A stretch of DNA of 64,000 nt from a bacterium (GTDB lineage: Bacteria; Patescibacteriota; Patescibacteriia; Veblenbacterales; UBA10138), in NCBI GenBank assembly GCA_020057885.1, contig JAGVEX010000009.1, positions 36,704-100,703 of the forward strand, read 5' to 3'. Shown here piece by piece: positions 59,462-64,000 of the stretch; positions within the stretch are counted from its first letter, which is position 1, and the number at the start of each line of letters is the position of its first letter. The position numbers and the translations under genes were made by a program. The notes under the pieces were generated by a model, which searched no databases, had not been told where the DNA came from, and saw only the letters and a program-made list of their open reading frames with translations.

Positions 59462-59773
59462 TTAAGCATATTTTCTAAGTAATTCATTAAACCCATTATT
59501 CTTACTATATTTAAGTTCGCGTGAACCGCGTTCTACTGTGGCTATCGCCACACCCAAACGATAAGCAACTTCGCGAATAGATAAACCCTTGCTAAGCAAC
59601 TTAACTATCTGCCAACGCAAAGCCAACTCATTATACTCGCCTGGTGTTAATAAATCACCTAAAAATCTGCTAATCTGTCCGGCTGACTTTAGGTGAGCAA
59701 ATAAGCCAACCAACTCCTGTTGAAAAGCACGCTGAGCCTGGGGCTGTTTTTTAACTAATTTATCTCGCGCCAT
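59462..59773 (-). CDS. TrpR-family (YerC/YecD-like) DNA-binding protein
   Basis: 103 aa; LLTPGEYNELALRWQIVKLLSKGLSIREVAYRLGVAIATVERGSREL matches the TrpR/YerC HTH. Confidence 0.7.
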   Translation of the reverse strand: MARDKLVKKQPQAQRAFQQELVGLFAHLKSAGQISRFLGDLLTPGEYNELALRWQIVKLLSKGLSIREVAYRLGVAIATVERGSRELKYSKNNGFNELLRKYA

Positions 59774-59801
59774 AATCCAATAATCATTATATATTAGCTA
59801 C

Positions 59802-59838
59802 TCCTATACTATTGTACTAGTACAATAGTATAGGAGTC
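59802..59838. promoter_or_regulatory. perfect 37-bp palindrome with TrpR-operator-like ACTAGT core, 29 bp upstream of the TrpR-family gene
   Basis: ctcctatactattgtactagtacaatagtataggag. Confidence 0.5.
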
Positions 59839-59971
59839 AAATAAAGTCAAGCATCCCAAGCTAAACTGAATAAATAATTCCCCTACTCAAAATAAAAAGG
59901 TTCCTTGTTATGGAACCTTTAAAAAGATGGTTATTTTGAAATTATTTTTGTTTTAATTAAACATCTCTACT

Positions 59972-60148
59972 CTGCCTAAGCAGTCCAATTTGTCCACCAA
60001 TCCAATTCTGGCCTGTCTATTAACAATAAGCGACTGGATATTATGCAACCACGGCAGGAACAAAATTCATCTCGCATAAAATATGATAGTGAATAATGTT
60101 CACCGCTATGTTGACAATAATATAACATCTCAGCATTATTACTGATCA
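59972..60148 (-). CDS. small Cys-rich peptide (58 aa), translationally coupled
   Basis: MISNNAEMLYYCQHSGEHYSLSYFMRDEFCSCRGCIISSRLLLIDRPELDWWTNWTA; strong SD AAAGGAGGT lies 7 nt upstream inside the stop region of the preceding gene. Confidence 0.4.
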
Positions 60149-60151
60149 TAA

Positions 60152-60499
60152 TTAACCTCCTTTAATTGGTAACTTAACTGGTAACATAGAATCTAGGGCG
60201 TGAACTGACATTGAATGGGAGTCTTTGGCGTCTGGAAGAACAGCACTAAATTTATCACTAAATGGATCATGTTCTTGATGTAAACGGCTTTTTTCAACTC
60301 TCAAATCACCACTGGGTGATACACAATAGTTCTTAAAAGGAAGCAGGGTGCAATCTGGTGAAACAATAGCACAATCAACCTGTAAGCATTCTAGTGCGCA
60401 TGTGATATTATTTATTGCCAAAAAATGTCCATGGAAAGCAGTTATCACTTGGTATGTAGGCTCAGGTGCCTGTTGTTCTGTTTTTATTTCGTCAGACAT
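60152..60499 (-). CDS. Cys-rich small protein (115 aa)
   Basis: CALECLQVDCAIVSPDCTLLPFKNYC cluster; overlaps upstream gene by 8 nt. Confidence 0.45.
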   Translation of the reverse strand: MSDEIKTEQQAPEPTYQVITAFHGHFLAINNITCALECLQVDCAIVSPDCTLLPFKNYCVSPSGDLRVEKSRLHQEHDPFSDKFSAVLPDAKDSHSMSVHALDSMLPVKLPIKGG

Positions 60500-60731
60500 G
60501 AAAGTCCGTCCTCTCTTTTTCTTCTTTAGTGATTGATGAGTTATCTAGTTGTTCATTTTGCGTTTGTGATATGGGTAACATACAAGGAATGTTATCTGTG
60601 CTAATGTTTTCTGCAAAAATACCAGTTTGGCTGGCTCCGCACTTAGTACAATATAGTGCGGTTTTATCCAAAAAATATCCACAATTGCCACATTTCTTAA
60701 TATTATTAGTACTAGTCATGACAAACCTCAA
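60492..60731 (-). CDS. double zinc-ribbon small protein (79 aa)
   Basis: CGNCG...CTKCG. Confidence 0.45.
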   Translation of the reverse strand: MRFVMTSTNNIKKCGNCGYFLDKTALYCTKCGASQTGIFAENISTDNIPCMLPISQTQNEQLDNSSITKEEKERTDFHV

Positions 60732-61024
60732 AATAGTTTATTGAATTGGTAATTTATTAATTTGTTAAAAGGCTATGTTGTAACGAAACAACCGCTCTTT
60801 TTTGAGAGCGGTTGTGGAATTTACGAAATTTATCTGAAACTAGTGTATTATTTCATTATCCTCGCCGCTCTTGCGTTAATAATAGTAATAAGACCAAGTA
60901 TAATATCTTGGTTCTTACACACGAGCGACTTGTAGCTTAAATTGAACATAAATTTAGGATGTTACAATGCATATTAACATAGCTAAAAATTGTGTCAACG
61001 GGTAAACTTATCCACAAAAACAAA

Positions 61025-61056
61025 ATAGCGACAACATTTTTACTGTCGCTATTATT
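61025..61056 (-). terminator. intrinsic terminator
   Basis: aatagcgaca-gtaaaaatgt-tgtcgctatt then ttgtttttgtgg on the minus strand. Confidence 0.5.
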
Positions 61057-61067
61057 TCAACTATAAA

Positions 61068-61187
61068 TCACAATTTATTCGCACCAGGGCGTGGCCTTAT
61101 ACCCTGAGCTGCTGGGAGATTATATGTGATTCTTTTTTTGCGGCGTATTTTTTTACTCCGCGGCACCTTTTTCTTTGTGTTTTTCAT
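61068..61187 (-). CDS. tiny highly basic peptide (39 aa) with canonical SD
   Basis: MKNTKKKVPRSKKIRRKKRITYNLPAAQGIRPRPGANKL; AAGGAG 8 nt upstream; terminator immediately downstream. Confidence 0.35.
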   Translation of the reverse strand: MKNTKKKVPRSKKIRRKKRITYNLPAAQGIRPRPGANKL

Positions 61188-61215
61188 AACTACTCTCCTT
61201 TGATTATTTGTTTAA

Positions 61216-61464
61216 TTATTTATTTTTTGGTTTTAAGGAAACATATTTCTCTTCAATTTGGCGGTGCTGCTTTCGCAGATAACACTGTTTTATTTTTAAT
61301 TGACGCCATTCTCGCGCCGCTAACATTAAATCATGCTTGGCTTTCAATTCTTGTTTTATATTTTGACAAGCAATCTTAATCTCTATAAGTTGCTTATGTA
61401 AATCTTGAATGGTTGTTTCTTCTTTAATAGTTGTTCCTGCTGCACCATTGTTCCATAAAGACAT
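61216..61464 (-). CDS. hypothetical coiled-coil protein
   Basis: 82-aa ORF. Confidence 0.35.
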   Translation of the reverse strand: MSLWNNGAAGTTIKEETTIQDLHKQLIEIKIACQNIKQELKAKHDLMLAAREWRQLKIKQCYLRKQHRQIEEKYVSLKPKNK

Positions 61465-61939
61465 GGCTAACTCCTTTTAAAAGTGACTGATAATCAATTG
61501 TTAATTTACATTTTAATTTTATTTAAAACAAAAAGCGCTTTTCGCCCTAAAGCATCCGAGAGAGAAGAAACTTCTCTAACAGAAAATCTTAAGGACGAAA
61601 AGCGCTTTTCAAATTGTAAAACACTTTCCGCGGTACCACCCTGATTGGCTAATAACTAATGGCAACCTGCCTATAGCATTAACCCTCTTTATGCACTCCC
61701 AAATTTATGAGATATACACTTATTCTATAACGGGAACTCCCGTCCTTATCTAATATTCAAAAAATGAAATTCAATAAGGCAACTCCAGAGGGAACTTCCA
61801 CTAAAATACCCCGGAAAATGCTCACAATCAAGGCATTTTCTCCCTGTACAGGATAAATAAAGTGTACTTTCCTCTTTCACTGTTTTTAACTAATTTCTAA
61901 AAGAACAACCTGTAAAAACTATTATACACCCAGTTAAAA

Positions 61940-63013
61940 TTATGTCAATTCCAACACTTCCACCATCTGCTTAACAAGAGATACAACTATTGGAGGCGGT
62001 AGTAAACTATAACTATCGCGGCCCTCGTCATCCTTTATAACCCACTCCGATTCTTTGATATTCACCGTGCCGTCGGCTTTAAGCTCATAATCATAGCCTG
62101 GCGTAATTTCATAATCATCCACTTTGTCTTTAGCGCCCTCAACAGGAATTGCGTTGCGTAAATAAACCTTAGGTATGCCATGAAGGCCAAGTAGTTGTTT
62201 CATTATTTTATCATCCATCTCAAGCCGTTCTCTAATTGGATCAATACCAAGGTTATCACCTTCTTTGGGAACCATTCTAGTGCTATTGCAACCAGGGTTA
62301 TCACACTTTAAATAAAACTGCTTGGTCGCCTGATCATAACCAGCCTCTTTGGTAACCATTAATTTTAAATTTCGTGGTGTTTTGCAAATAGGACAAATTA
62401 CCCGGTATTTAATACGCTCGTTAATAACCGTGTTGGGTAAGCTGATAAAAGTTAAAAAATCAGGATCTTCGCGATAGCCAATAATCTCTTTAAGAAATAA
62501 AGAATATCCCACCTGATCCAAAGCCCGCGGAAAGCCATCAATAAAAATAGCTTGCCTGGGGCGCTTGGAAATTTCGTACTTAATAAGCGTGAGAATAAGT
62601 TCAGAGGAGATTAGAGTAGACTGGCTGCGTCCTAAAATAAGATCAACAATCTCGCTAGGCGAATGAAAGCCGCGATAATTTTTTTCAACAAAAGAAATAA
62701 ATTCTTTTTGTCCATCTTCTGTTTCCACTAATTTATGTGCATCGCGCACAATATCCCCTATGGAAAGATGTCCAATTTTGTCGCTTCCTACCGCCTCCAT
62801 AAATAATTTAGAATACGTTCCCTTGCCTGAATTCTTTTTACCCAATAAAAAAGCAACAAAAGTATTGCCTTTATCTAAATAATTCTTGATTATTTTAAGC
62901 TCCGCGCCCATTTTAGCGTCAAAATATTTCCGCCGTTCAGCTGGATCGTTTAAATTAAAACGTGCCGAACCTTCAACCTTTGTTTTGAACACTGGAAAAT
63001 TATTTAACTCCAT
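61940..63013 (-). CDS. adenylate-kinase-like P-loop NMP kinase with zinc-lid and ~150-aa C-terminal extension
   Basis: 357 aa; FLLGKKNSGKGTYSKLFMEAVGSDKIGHLSIGDIVRD parallels Adk (ILLGxPGxGKGTQ...ISTGDMLR); lid CPICKTPRNL...CDNPGC. Confidence 0.45.
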   Translation of the reverse strand: MELNNFPVFKTKVEGSARFNLNDPAERRKYFDAKMGAELKIIKNYLDKGNTFVAFLLGKKNSGKGTYSKLFMEAVGSDKIGHLSIGDIVRDAHKLVETEDGQKEFISFVEKNYRGFHSPSEIVDLILGRSQSTLISSELILTLIKYEISKRPRQAIFIDGFPRALDQVGYSLFLKEIIGYREDPDFLTFISLPNTVINERIKYRVICPICKTPRNLKLMVTKEAGYDQATKQFYLKCDNPGCNSTRMVPKEGDNLGIDPIRERLEMDDKIMKQLLGLHGIPKVYLRNAIPVEGAKDKVDDYEITPGYDYELKADGTVNIKESEWVIKDDEGRDSYSLLPPPIVVSLVKQMVEVLELT

Positions 63014-63094
63014 AAAAATAATATCTTTAAAAAAATTAACTATAAGTACTGCTCAGCATAGCACAACAATTGTGAAAGTCAACTAAAAGTAATT

Positions 63095-63931
63095 TTATTT
63101 TTTAGCCCACCTTTTTCCGTCACTTACAAAACTTATATCACCATCTATATCGGTGCGGAAAATCTTTATAGACAAATTTTTTAACCTTTCTAAAACTTCC
63201 TGATGGGGATGACCAAAACGGTTGTCTTTGCCCACTGAAATCACGGCGAATTCCGGCGCCACGGCACGTAAAAATTCCTCACTAGAAGAAGTACGACTAC
63301 CCTGATGCGCTACTTTTAAAATTTGAGAGCGCAAATTGGTACTAGTGGTTATAAGTGCCTGCTCGTTCACAATAGGCGTATCGCCTGTAAATAATACACT
63401 TGTTTCGCCAAAATTAATTTTATTTACTATTGAAGTTGAATTTAAATCATCTACTTGCTGTCCGGCATACGATATTGGCGGCCATAAAATATCCACGCTT
63501 ACGCCACTGGCTAATTTTATATTCTGGCCAGTTCGCGCTATGGCCAAAGGAATTTTTTTATCTTTTATTAATTTTAAAAAGGCAATGTATTCTGGTGTAG
63601 TATGCAAAACATCAGTGGTCAAAACCTGACGCACTTTATATCTTTCCAATACTTTAATAACACCAGTAATATGATCCGCGTGCGGGTGCGACAAAATAAT
63701 TAAATCAATATTACGCTTGGTCCACGGTAAGGCACCACCTAATTTTTGTAATACTGCCGCGCTAGGACCACCATCAATTAAAATATTTTGCCCACTTGGT
63801 GTTTGTACTAAAGCGGATTCTCCTTCACCCACGTCAAAAAAAGTAACTGTAAAAGGAGTTGGTTTATTAAGCCACCACCAAGCTACTCCGATAATCAAAA
63901 AAATGAATAAAAATATCCACCAACGTTTCAT
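63095..63931 (-). CDS. metallo-beta-lactamase-fold protein, ComEC/Rec2 C-terminal-domain-like, N-terminal TM anchor
   Basis: 278 aa; DVGEGESALVQTPSGQNILIDGG and ILSHPHADHITG. Confidence 0.6.
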   Translation of the reverse strand: MKRWWIFLFIFLIIGVAWWWLNKPTPFTVTFFDVGEGESALVQTPSGQNILIDGGPSAAVLQKLGGALPWTKRNIDLIILSHPHADHITGVIKVLERYKVRQVLTTDVLHTTPEYIAFLKLIKDKKIPLAIARTGQNIKLASGVSVDILWPPISYAGQQVDDLNSTSIVNKINFGETSVLFTGDTPIVNEQALITTSTNLRSQILKVAHQGSRTSSSEEFLRAVAPEFAVISVGKDNRFGHPHQEVLERLKNLSIKIFRTDIDGDISFVSDGKRWAKK

Positions 63932-64000
63932 AAAATTTTTAATTTATTTTTTAGAAACCATCCTGCACCGATGCCATACAAAATAATTAACGCCAACCAT

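Noticed and set aside
1-64000. CRISPR arrays, rRNA genes, IS-element transposases
   Set aside because: No regularly spaced direct repeats with unique spacers, no rRNA-like conserved stretches, and no DDE/HUH transposase-like ORFs were seen. The only mobile element is the tRNA-Lys integrative island.
63944-64000. Possible 3' end of a minus-strand gene running off the window end (...MVGVNYFVWHRCRMVSKK*)
   Set aside because: Only 19 codons visible; could be the tail of a ComEC N-terminal-domain gene upstream of the MBL-domain ORF but cannot be supported from this fragment.

Overview
This 64-kb window looks like a compact, gene-dense, low-GC bacterial chromosome with a Patescibacteria/CPR-like flavour, which is an inference from the sequence alone. 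Supporting signs are that there is no L30 gene between rpsE and rplO, S14 is the short Z-type, and there are many small cysteine-ribbon proteins. The backbone includes scpAB, aspS, asnS, dnaB, ybaB-recR, rplU and ruvX-map-adk-secY. A contiguous spc/S10/str ribosomal superoperon runs rplO through rpsJ, then tuf, fusA, rpsG and rpsL, all on the minus strand. Downstream lie an M50 site-2 protease, rpmB, and an unexpected complete proline block. That block is proA, an FAD oxidoreductase broken by an in-frame stop, proS, proC and proB, followed by a B12-binding radical-SAM enzyme and a tRNA-Pro(GGG) locus littered with tRNA fragments and perfect palindromes.

The accessory content has three parts. 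First, a ~7.6-kb integrative island sits at tRNA-Lys(UUU), bounded by a 46-bp direct repeat. It carries a tyrosine integrase, an excisionase, a replication-type HTH protein, an AbiEi/AbiEii pair, two uncharacterised membrane-protein modules and a GC-rich structured leader RNA. Second, there is an AAATCC-based intergenic repeat family with a promoter-like core. Third, several GC-rich micro-loci carry their own promoter and terminator and encode tiny basic or hydrophobic peptides. Other points of note are a candidate SRP RNA between rpsJ and rplC, a Phd/YefM-like gene between fusA and tuf, and a standalone PurH IMP-cyclohydrolase domain. A YerC/TrpR-family repressor sits next to a 38-bp TrpR-operator-like perfect palindrome, beside a translationally coupled operon of three small Cys-rich proteins. 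There is also a second, extended adenylate-kinase-like protein. No rRNA or CRISPR array was seen.
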